Shown: positions 36,800-50,575, counted from the whole stretch's first letter. The stretch is DNA of 63,038 bases, filler included, from Octopus bimaculoides (GCF_001194135.2; 4 parts of 3 records of this genome joined end to end with filler, not necessarily neighbours in it), one strand, 5' to 3'. Notes: generated from the letters alone by a model not told the origin. Program-made: numbers and translations.

Positions 36800-37760
36800 G
36801 TTCGTCCTTGTTGTTGTTGTAGTCTTCCAGTATTGTTTTTGTTGTTGTTGATATTACTGTTGCTGATAGTGTCGTCGTTTCGGGGTCTTTTTTTGTTTGT
36901 TGAATATCTTATTTTCCATTTTTGTGTTGTTTTGTTGTCTCTTTTTTTTTTCACTGCTATTCTATTTACTGCGGACTTAACATTTTCTGGATACACTATC
37001 GATACGTACGTTATATGTATCGCTATCGTCTGCTTTATCCATTTTAGCTTTTATTGTATTTCATCTTTGTGTTTATAGCTGTTTTTTTTGTTTTGTTTTG
37101 TTTTGTATCTGAGTGAGTTTCTTATAATCATTCGTGTTTACTGTAGTGAACTGTCTCTTTCACCCAAAACGAAGATGAGAACATAAGATAAAAATATAAA
37201 CATATGCAAATATGGACTAAGTTGAAATAAAATATTACAAGAAACATGTCTTCAGTGGCTTTAGAAGTAAACAGGAAAACAAGAATTGATCATATATTTA
37301 CGCAAGTCATCAATTATAGAAAACATACGTGAAATCTAGAACTACGTTTAAAGAGAAAAACTGATATTAGTGGAAGGAAAACATCTTCGAAATTATCCTT
37401 TGCATTTTCCCGTAAGGTTCTGAAATGATACTATATCCTTAATCATGTATATGTGATTGGGTTTTATATGTTTCCTTATATGTGTGTTGCATCTATCTGA
37501 GAATTACCTATATACATAAATGTTACATAATCTTATAAATATATCAATATATATATAAATATCGATGTTAAACACGCACAAATGTCATTATTAGTATCTG
37601 TAGAATCTAACTGGGTAGGTAGAAAATTCAAGAAACCTTGTTGGATGAAAAGTACCCGCAGTTCAGAGGTCTAGCGTTATTTCACTGTGTTGCGCTAGCT
37701 AACTACGTTTGAGAAATACATTAAGGGATACATTTGTGTGTGGAATACTCAGCCACTTAC

Positions 37761-37853
37761 ACTCTGATTCAATGAGATTCATTGGTAGTTCTGATGATTG
37801 AACAATCAAAAGGACATGGGTGGATTCCTTGATTCTGACTGAGATCCCAATCC
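37761..37853 (-). CDS. Candidate 93-nt exon
   Basis: (TG)nTAG acceptor and GTAAGT donor; reads [31 protein letters not shown] or [27 protein letters not shown]. Confidence 0.3.
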
Positions 37854-37917
<64 letters not shown>

Positions 37918-37919
37918 TC

Positions 37920-37951
<32 letters not shown>

Positions 37952-38454
37952 ATGTATACATATAATATTCATGTATGTATGTATGTATGTATGTATGTAT
38001 GTTTGTATGTATGTATGCTTGTACATGGATGCATGTACACACACACACACAAAACACACACACACACGCACGCACACACGCACGTACACTCACATACATA
38101 CACATGCACATAGAGAGTGTTTGGAATAAATTTGACGATTTTTGGTGTCTCGTTTTCAAGAGTAGCTTGATGTATTGGTCAGCAGTCAACGGCGTTGGAG
38201 AGCATTAATATTAAAGTTGTAGTTGAGAGTTGAGAAAAACTTAGCTGACATAGATGATTGGAAACCACCTGATTATTGGAAAAGATTTACCTGTATTATG
38301 ATGACTTGCGCCAGGTATCAAAATGCTGACGTCATGACTATTGCTCAATGTTTTGTGAACATTGTAAGGGATGTAAGACATGACATGGATAGCTACGACG
38401 GAGACTACGAAACCGTGGCCAACAGTAAGGTGATGGTCTTTATGTGAGTAAAGT

Positions 38455-38705
38455 TACCTTCTCGACTCATGCAGACTCACAAGGGCCGTTTTCCCGGTTT
38501 CATGGGTTATAAATTCCCCACCTGGATGGGACGCCGGTCCGTCGCACGATTACTCATTTTGCTAGCTGATTGGACGGGAGGAACGTGAAATGAAGTGTTT
38601 TGCTCAAAAACACAACACATCACCTGGTCTAGGAATCGAAACCACAATATTACGATCATGAGTCGAACACTCTAACATCCTAACCACTAATCACTAATCT
38701 ATGCG
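38455..38705 (-). mobile_element. SINE family C variant
   Basis: GTGAAATGAAGTGTTTTGCTCAAAAACACAAC..GGAATCGAAACCAC..ATCATGAGTCGAACACTCTAAC. Confidence 0.7.
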
Positions 38706-38736
38706 CCTCCAATCTCAAATAAGTGTGGCAACATAC

Positions 38737-38896
38737 CACCCCACATCTTCGAAAATTGCTGCAGTCATTTGCAATGATTGTCGCTGAAACCTACAATAGC
38801 GACTGAGAGAGTGGCAAAGCGCTGTACTAGCTTTCGTCACTTCAATCCAATGACACACAGATGTCTCACTATCATTTAGTGTGAGGCGGCAGTCAT
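38737..38896 (-). CDS. Candidate 160-nt internal exon
   Basis: Acceptor CTTACCTCATCTTGTCAG and TG|GTATGT donor; a single open frame DCRLTLNDSETSVCHW...MTAAIFEDVG. Confidence 0.3.
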
Positions 38897-39194
38897 CTGA
38901 CAAGATGAGGTAAGCATCAAGTATGTATGTATAAATGAATATGTATGTTTTCTTTTGATTTTAGTTCTGTGAAATCTTCCTGGACTTCCCATATTGTAAT
39001 GGAACACGTGCAACACTGAATGAAAATGTTATCACGTATTCTTGTCTTTATTAATAAACGCTCACGCGCACACACACACCTTATTTTCATATGTTATTAC
39101 TATTATTATCTGAACCCGACGAGCTAGGTTTCTTTAAGGAGTCTACGAAACTAAGTTTCACGAGGTCGAATAAAACTGTTTTAAGTAATAATGT

Positions 39195-39400
39195 ATGTAA
39201 CTCTAAGACGGCGAAATGCTTAGCGGTATTTTGTCTGTCTTTAAGTTCTGAGTTCAAATTCTGCCGAGGTTGACTTTGCCTTTCATCCTTTCGGGATCGA
39301 TGAATTAAGTTCCAGTTGCGTAATGGAGTCGATCTCATCGACTGGCCCCGTCCCCTCAAATTTTGAGCCTTGTGCCTAGAGTAGAAAAGGATATATGTAA
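39195..39400 (+). mobile_element. SINE family D, young copy
   Basis: GACGGCGAAATGCTTAGCGGTATT..GAGTTCAAATTCTGCCGAGGTTGACTTTGCCTTTCATCCTTTCGGGATCGAT. Confidence 0.8.
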
Positions 39401-40253
39401 CTCTTACTTAAATAAGTTGAGCGTCACTTTCTTACGGGCGAGTATNNNNNNNNNNNNNNNNNNNNNNNNNNNNNNNNNNNNNNNNNNNNNNNNNNNNNNN
39501 NNNNNNNNNNNNNNNNNNNNNNNNNNNNNNNNNNNNNNNNNNNNNNNNNNNNNNNNNNNNNNNNNNNNNNNNNNNNNNNNNNNNNNNNNNNNNNNNNNNN
39601 NNNNNNNNNNNNNNNNNNNNNNNNNNNNNNNNNNNNNNNNNNNNNNNNNNNNNNNNNNNNNNNNNNNNNNNNNNNNNNNNNNNNNNNNNNNNNNNNNNNN
39701 NNNNNNNNNNNNNNNNNNNNNNNNNNNNNNNNNNNNNNNNNNNNNNNNNNNNNNNNNNNNNNNNNNNNNNNNNNNNNNNNNNNNNNNNNNNNNNNNNNNN
39801 NNNNNNNNNNNNNNNNNNNNNNNNNNNNNNNNNNNNNNNNNNNNNNNNNNNNNNNNNNNNNNNNNNNNNNNNNNNNNNNNNNNNNNNNNNNNNNNNNNNN
39901 NNNNNNNNNNNNNNNNNNNNNNNNNNNNNNNNNNNNNNNNNNNNNNNNNNNNNNNNNNNNNNNNNNNNNNNNNNNNNNNNNNNNNNNNNNNNNNNNNNNN
40001 NNNNNNNNNNNNNNNNNNNNNNNNNNNNNNNNNNNNNNNNNNNNNNNNNNNNNNNNNNNNNNNNNNNNNNNNNNNNNNNNNNNNNNNNNNNNNNNNNNNN
40101 NNNNNNNNNNNNNNNNNNNNNNNNNNNNNNNNNNNNNNNNNNNNNNNNNNNNNNNNNNNNNNNNNNNNNNNNNNNNNNNNNNNNNNNNNNNNNNNNNNNN
40201 NNNNNNNNNNNNNNNNNNNNNNNNNNNNNNNNNNNNNNNNNNNNNNNNNNNNN

Positions 40254-40336
<83 letters not shown>

Positions 40337-40495
40337 CATTCCTACACTCACACTCAAATTTCGAAATTCATAGGGCATTACGTAACACTCGCATATTCCT
40401 GAGAAAAATGTAATTCAATCTTATACAAAGAGTAAAACGCGAATCAAGAGATTCGTAAGTGCAATGAACGCAACTCTAGTCCTGGAGTTTCTGAT

Positions 40496-40520
40496 GTATG
40501 TATGTATGTATGTATGTATG

Positions 40521-40551
<31 letters not shown>

Positions 40552-40644
40552 GTATGTATGTATGTATGTATGTATGTAAGTATGTATGTATGTATGTATG
40601 TAAGTATGTATGTATGTATGTATGTATGTATGTATGTATGCATG

Positions 40645-40678
<34 letters not shown>

Positions 40679-40688
40679 TGTATGTATG
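40496..40688. repeat. (TATG)n microsatellite
   Basis: Directly visible. Confidence 0.95.
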
Positions 40689-40837
40689 TCATTAATCAGT
40701 TTATTTTAAGATTCATAACCAATAGAGTCGGTTTCTAACTTAGATCCAACGGTCCATCAATAAAATTTTAAAAAACATCAACATGTATGTATGTAGGTGT
40801 GTATGTATGTATGTATGTATGTATGTAGGTGTGTATG

Positions 40838-40869
<32 letters not shown>

Positions 40870-41630
40870 ATAACTTTGGCGTTGACTAGGAATTCAAGTC
40901 AAGATTGGCCTTTAGAATTGTTCAATCAGGTTTGCCATCAAGCGAAACTAAAAGACGCGCTAATACAAAATTTATGACATTTTTGATTTTAGTGACAGTA
41001 ATTATTCATATCACCAATAAAGGTTTCGTTGTTATTCTTAAACTAGTTTTTAAATAATAATCGCGATTTATATACATTCATACAACTTTCGATATGAGAA
41101 ATATTCTACGACGCGTTCCCCAGACTCATATATACTCATTTGATGTCATATTAGTTTCCAATTTTGTGCACAGGGGCAGTAATTTTGGAGGAGGGTTATG
41201 TCGATTACATGAACCTCACTGCTAAAATGTTACTTTATCGACTCAGAAAGTAGGAAATGCAGAATAGACTCAGCAAAATTTGAACTCAGAATGTAAAGAC
41301 AGACGAAATGGCTCTAAAAGCTCTCTCACCTCTACCCCTAATAGATAATGCCCTTTATTCTCTTAAGCTTTAGATATACAAGGTTTGATATGATAGTTTA
41401 TAAATCTAAACTAAAAAAAAAACAAATAAAATCAGTGACAGGCAGAGTCATTGACATTTTACTTATTAGCTTCCATGGTGTGGCTAAAACAAGATGTTCT
41501 CTATCTGACTCCCTAACCTCTGGGAGATTTTAGATATTAATACACTAATGTGTCCATCTGTTCTAATTTAATTAAATTCTATGTCTTTGTGCAGGTGAAG
41601 ATTGCTCTGCATTTTAAACTCATGTAATGA

Positions 41631-42012
41631 TTACATTGTTCAATTAAATGGAGTTGCATGAAACGATCGTACTGCATTACCTCTGGATATCTATGTTGCT
41701 TATTTTGATTTTAATCACCTTACTTTGAAATTGTATGGATAATACCGTACTAAATTCTGGTGCCTAAACTTAAGTACCATATTCACATGAATCTAAATTT
41801 TCGCTGAAAACATCTATANNNNNNNNNNTTACATTGTTCAATTAAATGGAGTTGCATGAAACGATCGTACTGCATTACCTCTGGATATCTATGTTGCTTA
41901 TTTTGATTTTAATCACCTTACTTTGAAATTGTATGGATAATACCGTACTAAATTCTGGTGCCTAAACTTAAGTACCATATTCACATGAATCTAAATTTTC
42001 GCTGAAAACATC

Positions 42013-42016
<4 letters not shown>
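41631..42016. other. Identical ~188-bp duplication across a 10-N gap; probable assembly overlap artefact
   Basis: 41631-41818 appears identical to 41829-42016. Confidence 0.85.
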
Positions 42017-42086
<70 letters not shown>

Positions 42087-42706
42087 CATACATACATACA
42101 TATATTGTCCGATCCCCTTATACTGCATTAATATTCCTCGCACTTTCCATTGCGTTGTTGCCATTGTACTCAGAGAGCAACATATGCCGAAATTGCTCCT
42201 TTGTCACTTCCATTATAGCTTTGAAAAATAACCGTTAAAATCGAACTGCACTCTTTAAAACTTGCACTAAGAATAGGTACAAGGTAAAATTACTACCTGA
42301 TTTTATAGCAAGTTGATGCAAGTAGTTTACCCCTTCCCATTCAACTTTTAGTTCATGCAATTGTAAAAAACCGCATAATTTATAGTAGACCCGGTATTTA
42401 TTGAAAAATTTCATTTTAGAGTCAACAGGAACTACTTACGGAAGTAGACAACGTAAATATTTCTTAAAAGTTGTTGTAAGTGCTGTAATTCATTATATTT
42501 TGCAAATTATTTATCTGTATTGTATATTAAATGTTAAACTTGGTTGAATATGATTTTTCGTTCTTGCACTTTACTAATCAAACCAAATATCTCAATTTCT
42601 TCTATTATCGCCTGCCCCCGCCTTATCCATGAATCCGCGGCCAGGATAGAACGCGGTTAGTCTTCTTGGACCCCATCACCCACGTTGTATATATAGAGAG
42701 AGCACT

Positions 42707-42757
<51 letters not shown>

Positions 42758-42801
42758 CGCACACACATATATATTTGTATGTAAGTCACCCTATGTGCGC
42801 G

Positions 42802-42834
<33 letters not shown>

Positions 42835-43659
42835 ACGTGTGTATGTGTATGTATGTATACGTGTGTGTGTGTACGTGCGCACACGTACGGATATAAGCAC
42901 ACATGCATATTGTAATAAATTTAAAATGACATAGAAAATATAAACAAATAATACTCCAACTACAAAAAGGCGAAATTATGATTGTTTCAGATTAACAGAA
43001 TATATAAGAAAGACTAAAACTCGTGAAAAAATATTGACACGTCACGGTGTGAAAGATGATGAAAGAAAAAAAAAGAACCGAGAATGAAAAAGGGGGAGAT
43101 TACTGAGGCAAAAAAAAAATGCTATATGCTTGTTGCAAGAGAACGAGCTAATCCAGCGTGTGACCACAACTGACAATAGAAACAACAACTACTACAGCAA
43201 CAACAAAAAACCATAGCAATTAGAGCAAAAGTGACACAAGGCTGTCGTAGCCAGGGTGACAAAAACGTATTCATTAATCCATCTATCTCTCCTTCTTTCT
43301 ATCCATCCATCCATCCATCCATCCATCCAACCGGCCAACACGCCACCCATTCCTCAAGCCAGCTCAGCGAACCAGTCAACATCTACACCATTTTCTGTCG
43401 TTAGTAGCCAGGTAATTAACTGTAGTGATTGCATTTTTCGATAGAACAGACACGTTCGGACAATGTCTAATTAGTATGCATGCAAGTGATATTGGTTTGA
43501 TCGGTTTTATTGATCAGTTGCTGTACCTCCAGAAGTCGATAGCATCTTCAATTATAAGCTATCAGCATGATCTGGTCAACTCACGCCTTATCACCTCAAC
43601 ATATAAAGAAGTACGAGAGCGGGGAAATAAAAAAGGAACAAACAAAAACATTGAAAGTA

Positions 43660-43700
43660 ATAATAATAATGATAATAATACTACTACTACTAATAATGAA

Positions 43701-43762
<62 letters not shown>

Positions 43763-43800
43763 CGATGACAATGACGATGATGATGATGATGATGATGATG

Positions 43801-43846
<46 letters not shown>

Positions 43847-44005
43847 TGATGATANNNNNNNNNNATATAATGACAATGATGATGATAATGCCGATGTTGA
43901 TAATGATGACGACTATGTTGATAATGATGACAATGATGAAGATGCTGCTGCTGCTGCTGCTGATGGTGGTGATGATGATGATGATGATGATCATGATGAG
44001 ATTGC

Positions 44006-44039
<34 letters not shown>

Positions 44040-44040
44040 A

Positions 44041-44071
<31 letters not shown>

Positions 44072-44095
44072 CGGTGATGATGCTAATAATAATTA
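43660..44095. repeat. (AAT/GAT/GCT/GTT)n mosaic
   Basis: Directly visible. Confidence 0.9.
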
Positions 44096-44334
44096 CAGCA
44101 AAGAATAAAAAGCTACAACATAATCACATCCGAATGGAAAACAGAAATTATTGAAAAAAAAAAAGAAATAAATAATATAAATAAAAAAATAAAAAGAAAA
44201 AGGGAGTGCGGTAAAAAGAGGAAAAAAAGTAAAAAAAAAAAGGGGCCATCACGAGTAAAGGGGTTGATGAAAAGTACAGTGGGAGATGACTAAGAAAAGG
44301 ACGGGAAGAGGAATACAGAGTGTAGGATCTGAAA

Positions 44335-44601
44335 TGAAAATAATGAAGAGGATGGTGAAGAAGTAGAAGGAGAAGGAGGTGGCGGAGGAAGAAGTGAAGA
44401 AGAAGAGAAGGAAGAGGAAGAAGTGAGGTAGAAAGAAAAGACGATGCTGACGATAATGAAAATGAAGATGAAGATGGAAGATGAAGATGTAGATGAAAAT
44501 GATAATCAAGATAATGATGATAATGATTAAATAAATTATCAGAAAAAATACCTTACTGAAAAAGAAAAATAATAATAATAATAATAATAACAATAATAAT
44601 G

Positions 44602-44650
<49 letters not shown>

Positions 44651-44669
44651 TGATAATAATAATAATAAC

Positions 44670-44716
<47 letters not shown>

Positions 44717-44775
44717 TGATGATGATGTTGATGATGATGTTGATGATGATGATGATGATGATGATATATGATGAT
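44335..44775. repeat. Purine-rich, then (AAT/GAT)n mosaic
   Basis: Directly visible. Confidence 0.85.
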
Positions 44776-45108
44776 GATTGCAGGAAGGTCGTTTGCAGAA
44801 GAATTGACATTTCTGTGCGTTTGTATGTCTGAGTGTGTGTGTGTGTGTGTGTGCGTGTGCGTTTGTGCGTGCGTGCGTGCGTTCGCGTGTGTGTGTGTGC
44901 GTGTGCGTGTGCNNNNNNNNNNATTGTGTGAGTGAGTGCATGTGCGATTGTGTGTGCATGTGTGTAAGTGTGTGTGTGTGTGTGTGTGTACTGAGGTGAC
45001 AAGAAATGAATATAAAAATATACGAAACACAAAAATACGAAAAGCATAAAAACTGGGAGTACAGGAAATGAAAAAAAAATAGAAAAAATCTTTGAGATAA
45101 TAGAATAA

Positions 45109-45155
<47 letters not shown>

Positions 45156-45188
45156 ACACTACTACCACTACTGCTGCTGCTGCTGCTG

Positions 45189-45230
<42 letters not shown>

Positions 45231-45264
45231 ATAATAATAATAATAATAATAAGAAGAAGAAGAA

Positions 45265-45400
45265 GAATGATGGTTTCAAATTTTGGCCCAAGGTCAGCAA
45301 TTTCGGGGTACAAGATAAGTCTTTAAAATCCACCCCAATACTCACCCGGTACTTATTTTATCAACCTTCGAAAGGATGAAAAGCAAAGTCGACCTCGGCG

Positions 45401-45482
<82 letters not shown>

Positions 45483-46380
45483 AATAATAATAATAATAAT
45501 TATTATTATTATTGCTATTATTTCTACTATAGGCACAAGACCTGAAATTTTGGGGGAGAGGACTGACTAATCGATTACATCGACCACAGTGTTCCACTGG
45601 AACTTATAAATACCGATAAATTATGTACCAGTCAGGCACTGGAATCTTTAGAATCGACTTGCTCCCTTGCCCAAGATTTCAGGCCCTGTGTCTATAATAG
45701 AAAGGAAATTTATTATGGTGATTTGACAGATTCATTAGAGAATCGGAAAAATGGCTGGTGCTATTTGTTCTTGCTCTCTACATTCTGAGTTCAAATATGA
45801 CCGGAGTCAACTTTGCCTTTCATACTTTCGGGGTCAGTAAAATAAGGTAGCTGTTAAGTACTGGAATCAATGGTATCAACTAACGCCCCCACCCCGCTTG
45901 AAAAACTGTTAGCCTTGAGCTAAAAATATAAACAAATAGCAAATTTAAGATGGCGAGCTGGTAGAACAATTTCTTTGTGGTATTTGTTCAAGCTCTTTAT
46001 GCCCTGAGTCCAAATTCTGCAGAGGTCAACTTTACTTTTCATCCTCCCGAGGAGATAAATATTGGGTTGGTACATAATTATTGCGACTTTTTTTCAACAA
46101 ATTTTATTCAACATAAACAATAACATGTAACAAAAACATCTTTAAATGATTATTCCGGAGCATATTCACTATCTACTTCAATTACTGCTTCCCATTTGCT
46201 TGGCAGACGGTCAGACCGTCACTTAAAGATATTTTTATTAAATACTGTTGTTTTTGTTGAATAAAATTTGTTGAAAAAAAAGCCGTATTAATTATGCACC
46301 AACCCAATAAAATAACAGTTAAATACTGGATTGACTGACATTCCCTCCTCAAATTACTAGCCTTGTGCCTAAATAAGAAA
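45265..46380. mobile_element. Cluster of SINE family D copies in both orientations
   Basis: Repeated TTTGCCTTTCAT..TTTCGGGGTC and GGTACTTATTTTATC..AAAGGATGAAAAGCAAAGTCGACCTCGG blocks. Confidence 0.7.
46062..46307 (-). mobile_element. Mariner internal-deletion derivative with TA target duplication
   Basis: TA|TTGGGTTGGTACATAATTA...TAATTATGCACCAACCCAA|TA, with inverted repeats of about 50 bp. The interior encodes DRLPSKWEAVIEVDSEYAPE* (mariner C-terminus pattern LPxRWxxVIxxxGxY). It interrupts a family D SINE. Confidence 0.9.
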
Positions 46381-46671
46381 CAACTTTTTAAATACAAATA
46401 GCTGTTATTATTGTGGTTGAGGTTGGGAGTGAAAGTCGTAGTGAAGGGTGTTAAGCTTCAAAGAGATTGGAGCCTAAGAACAAGTTTCAATTTCTTGAAG
46501 GCAATACAGTTCACCCAAATTTATTAATATAGGAATGAACAGAATATACTTCACTGAATCTCAATTCTGTTTTATTACATATTTGTGACATTGTGACGAA
46601 ATATGGGTATCATCATCACAGTTATTATGATGCTGAAGAAATCAATATTTCAGTGATAATAATGATATTCT

Positions 46672-46874
46672 TATATTCTTTTACTTGTTTCAGTCATTTG
46701 ACTGCGGCCAAGCTGGAGCACCGCCTTAAAAGGATTTTAGTCGAAGAAATCGACCTCAGGGTTTATTCTTTGTAAACCTAGTACTTATTCAATCGGTTTC
46801 TTTTGCCGAACCGCTACGATACGGATACGAAAACACACCAACATCGGGTTGTAAAGCGATAGTTACAAACACAG

Positions 46875-46958
<84 letters not shown>

Positions 46959-47120
46959 CAGGCTTCTTTCGGTTTTCGTCTACCAAAACCACTCACAAGG
47001 CCTTCGTTGGCTTGAGGCTATAGTAGAAAACACTTGCCCAAGGTACCACGCAGTGGGACTGAACCCGGAACCATGTGGTTGGGAAGCAAGCTTCTTACCA
47101 CACAGTCACGCCTTCGCCTA
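46672..47120 (-). mobile_element. SINE family B, full length, with long (CA)n
   Basis: Reverse complement of 19282-19700. Confidence 0.85.
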
Positions 47121-47164
47121 TAGTTGGATAGTAGAATATCCTAGTAATTATAATGCCGTAATGA

Positions 47165-47700
47165 TATTTTAATGATTATAATGGTAATGGTGATTATGAT
47201 GGTTACGATGACGCCAGCATCTAGGATGCTACTGCTGTTGAGGATGATAGTAGTGATGGTGATGATGATAAAGGTGATGATAATAATGATGATGAAGGAG
47301 GTGATGATGGTGGTGACGATGATAACCATGATGATGAAAATAGCGACAACAATAATGACGGCGATGATGATGGTCACGAGTACGATGACGATGATGATGA
47401 CGACGACGACGACGACGACGATAATGTAATGAGGATGATGATGAGAATGGTAGTAATGACAATGAAGATGGTAAAGAAAATGATCACGAGAATGATGATG
47501 ATGATGATGATAATAATGATCATAATTATGTTGATGCGATGATGATGATGATGTTTATGTTGATAGTGATGATACTGCGGCTGATAAGAACTAGAGGGAG
47601 GAAGTGAACGTTGCGGATATTGTGGATTAAGATGATGAGGATGGAGGTGGGAATGACTAACGAGAGTGATGTGGGGAGTAATGTGTGGAGAAAGAAAGAA
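47165..47700. repeat. Degenerate (GAT)-based mosaic
   Basis: Directly visible. Confidence 0.85.
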
Positions 47701-48302
47701 AGAAAGAAAGAGAGAAAGAAAGAAAGAAAGAGAGAAAGAAATAAAGATGTCTTCAATATTATTTATTGCTGACAAAGTAGGAGAAAATGACGTAAGGTGC
47801 AAGCAGGAGGAGGAATAGGACGACGACGACGACGACGACGACTAGAAGGAGGATCAGGAAGAGGAGCTGGGAGAAGAAAAGAACAAGGAAGAGGAAGGCG
47901 CAATAGGAAGAAGACGAGAGAGAAACCGATGGAGCAAGATGGCGCTGGAGCCTATGAAGATGGATGGAAGGGGGAGGAAGGACTATTGTAAGGTGAGATA
48001 CAAGACGTGGAGTAGTTGACAGGAAGGACATGGCCTGATTGTTTTAACACGTAATTCACTGACTTCCGGTGTTATAATATGACATTGTTATTATATCAAA
48101 GTGATACTATCTGATGCTGTTATTATCACTTACTGTTCCTATTGTCGTTATTATAATTGTTGTAGTTGTTGTTGTCGTCATCTTGGTCGTCTTTGTTGTC
48201 TCTGATGTATAGTGGCCCTCCTCTCAGGTCAGTCCAAATCAAGCAGTCCCTTGACAGAAAGCGTTTCATTAATGGCCAACCCTCACTTTCGTTTGACATA
48301 GA

Positions 48303-48680
48303 AGCAGGCGTGGCTGTGTTGTAAGAAGTTTGCTTCCCGACCACATGATTCCGGGTTCGGTCCCACTGCACAGCACCTTAGACAAGTGTCTTTTACCATG
48401 GCCTCGGGTCAAACCAAAGCCTTGTGAGTAGATTTGATAGACAGAAACTGAAAGAAGCCGGTGAGCTGGCAGAAACGTTAGCACGCCGGGCGAAATGCTC
48501 AGCGGTATTTCGTCTGCCGTTACGTTCTGAGTTCAAATTCCGCCGAGGTCGACTTTGCCTTTCATCCTTTCGGGGTCGATAAATTAAGTACCAGTTACGC
48601 ACTGAGGTCGATCTAATCGACTTAATACCTTTGTCTGTCCTTGTTTGTCCCCTCTACGTTTAGCCCCTTGTGGGTAATAA
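48303..48680 (+). mobile_element. SINE B 5' half directly followed by a SINE D copy
   Basis: B sequence ends ...GAAACTGAAAGAAGCC and continues GGTGAGCTGGCAGAAACGTTAGCACGCCGGGCG (D head). Confidence 0.8.
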
Positions 48681-48780
48681 NNNNNNNNNNNNNNNNNNNN
48701 NNNNNNNNNNNNNNNNNNNNNNNNTTAATTAATTAANNNNNNNNNNNNNNNNNNNNNNNNNNNNNNNNNNNNNNNNNNNN
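48681..48780. other. Artificial 100-bp scaffold spacer
   Basis: 44N-TTAATTAATTAA-44N. Confidence 0.95.
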
Positions 48781-48820
<40 letters not shown>

Positions 48821-48984
48821 TGTGTGTGTGTTCTGAGCGTGCGTAAAATTTTGTGTCGATCATTTTTATTTTCTAAATTAAGATGGTAAGTTAGCGTTTA
48901 GTATTCAGGGCAAAGTGTTGTGAATGGCGTACAATAAAATGCAAAGCTGCCTTCCTTCTCTTTCACCACCTTTACTCAAACATG

Positions 48985-49020
<36 letters not shown>

Positions 49021-50354
49021 AACACACATACACACACACACACACACGCACACACGCACACACACATATACACATGCGCGCAAATAGACACGTATATATT
49101 CGAATTCATATACACCTATACATACAACAAACATATGCCCCCCCCCNNNNNNNNNNNNNNNNNNNNNNNNNNNNNNNNNNNNNNNNNNNNNNNNNNNNNN
49201 NNNNNNNNNNNNNNNNNNNNNNNNNNNNNNNNNNNNNNNNNNNNNNNNNNNNNNNNNNNNNNNNNNNNNNNNNNNNNNNNNNNNNNNNNNNNNNNNNNNN
49301 NNNNNNNNNNNNNNNNNNNNNNNNNNNNNNNNNNNNNNNNNNNNNNNNNNNNNNNNNNNNNNNNNNNNNNNNNNNNNNNNNNNNNNNNNNNNNNNNNNNN
49401 NNNNNNNNNNNNNNNNNNNNNNNNNNNNNNNNNNNNNNNNNNNNNNNNNNNNNNNNNNNNNNNNNNNNNNNNNNNNNNNNNNNNNNNNNNNNNNNNNNNN
49501 NNNNNNNNNNNNNNNNNNNNNNNNNNNNNNNNNNNNNNNNNNNNNNNNNNNNNNNNNNNNNNNNNNNNNNNNNNNNNNNNNNNNNNNNNNNNNNNNNNNN
49601 NNNNNNNNNNNNNNNNNNNNNNNNNNNNNNNNNNNNNNNNNNNNNNNNNNNNNNNNNNNNNNNNNNNNNNNNNNNNNNNNNNNNNNNNNNNNNNNNNNNN
49701 NNNNNNNNNNNNNTATATATTAGATTCCACTCATAAAAGTTCCCTTGCCTTGCTTAGTTTTAGTCTTTTCATGGAAAAGACCTTACATCTTTTACATCAC
49801 CGGCTCCCTGTTTTTGTTCTAAGGTGGTGCAACCCATTTTTCATTCATAGAACAAATGAAAGAATATTATCTTTTTTCGAACGAATTACTTTTTTCGAGG
49901 AATTAATTTGCAAAACAAACACACCATGATATATTTAATCTATGTTGTATTTAATTATATTCCATCTGAATACGCGTTTCAACCTCATTAACTCCGTGAG
50001 AACAAAGTTTGAATTTTAGAAGTTTGATTTGGAAAATTATTTGGAGAATTTGTGCCATGGAAGTCTGTACATGAATTTAGTTTATATCGTGAAAATCACA
50101 CACACACACACACATACACTCCTATATACACAAGTATTCACAGACTGACACACAACCAAAATCGTAAAGAGATGAATATTTTATAACCCGTTCAGTCTCT
50201 CTCTTTCTCTCTCTCACTTTCTCTCTCACTCTCTCTCGCACGCACGCACGCACACGCATTCTCTTATGGTGTTGCGTTGCATTGTAGGGTTTAATAAACA
50301 AATCAATCTCAGTACATATTTCATATCTGGATCTACAAAATTACGGGTACGTAA

Positions 50355-50575
50355 TCACATCAACACCGGTTGTCTGTGGTGGAACAAACACAAACAAAAT
50401 GACACACACATAGTTATACATACATATATACACGACAAGCTTCTTTCTGTTTCCGTCTATCAAATCAGTCGGCCTGAAGCTAGAGTAGAAAACACTTGTC
50501 AAGGTACCACGCAGTAGGACCGAGCCTGAAACCATGTGGTTGGGAAGCAAGCTTCTTACCACAAAGCCACGCCTG
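50355..50575 (-). mobile_element. SINE family B, internally deleted
   Basis: TTTCCGTCTATCAAATC..TAGTAGAAAACACTTGTCAAGGTACCACGCAGT..GCAAGCTTCTTACCAC. Confidence 0.8.

Noticed and set aside
38223-38447. 74-aa ORF
   Set aside because: WKPPDYWKR suggests a decayed RTE end, but support is insufficient for either call.
41631-42016. Biological tandem duplication
   Set aside because: Identical copies around a 10-N gap indicate an unmerged contig overlap.
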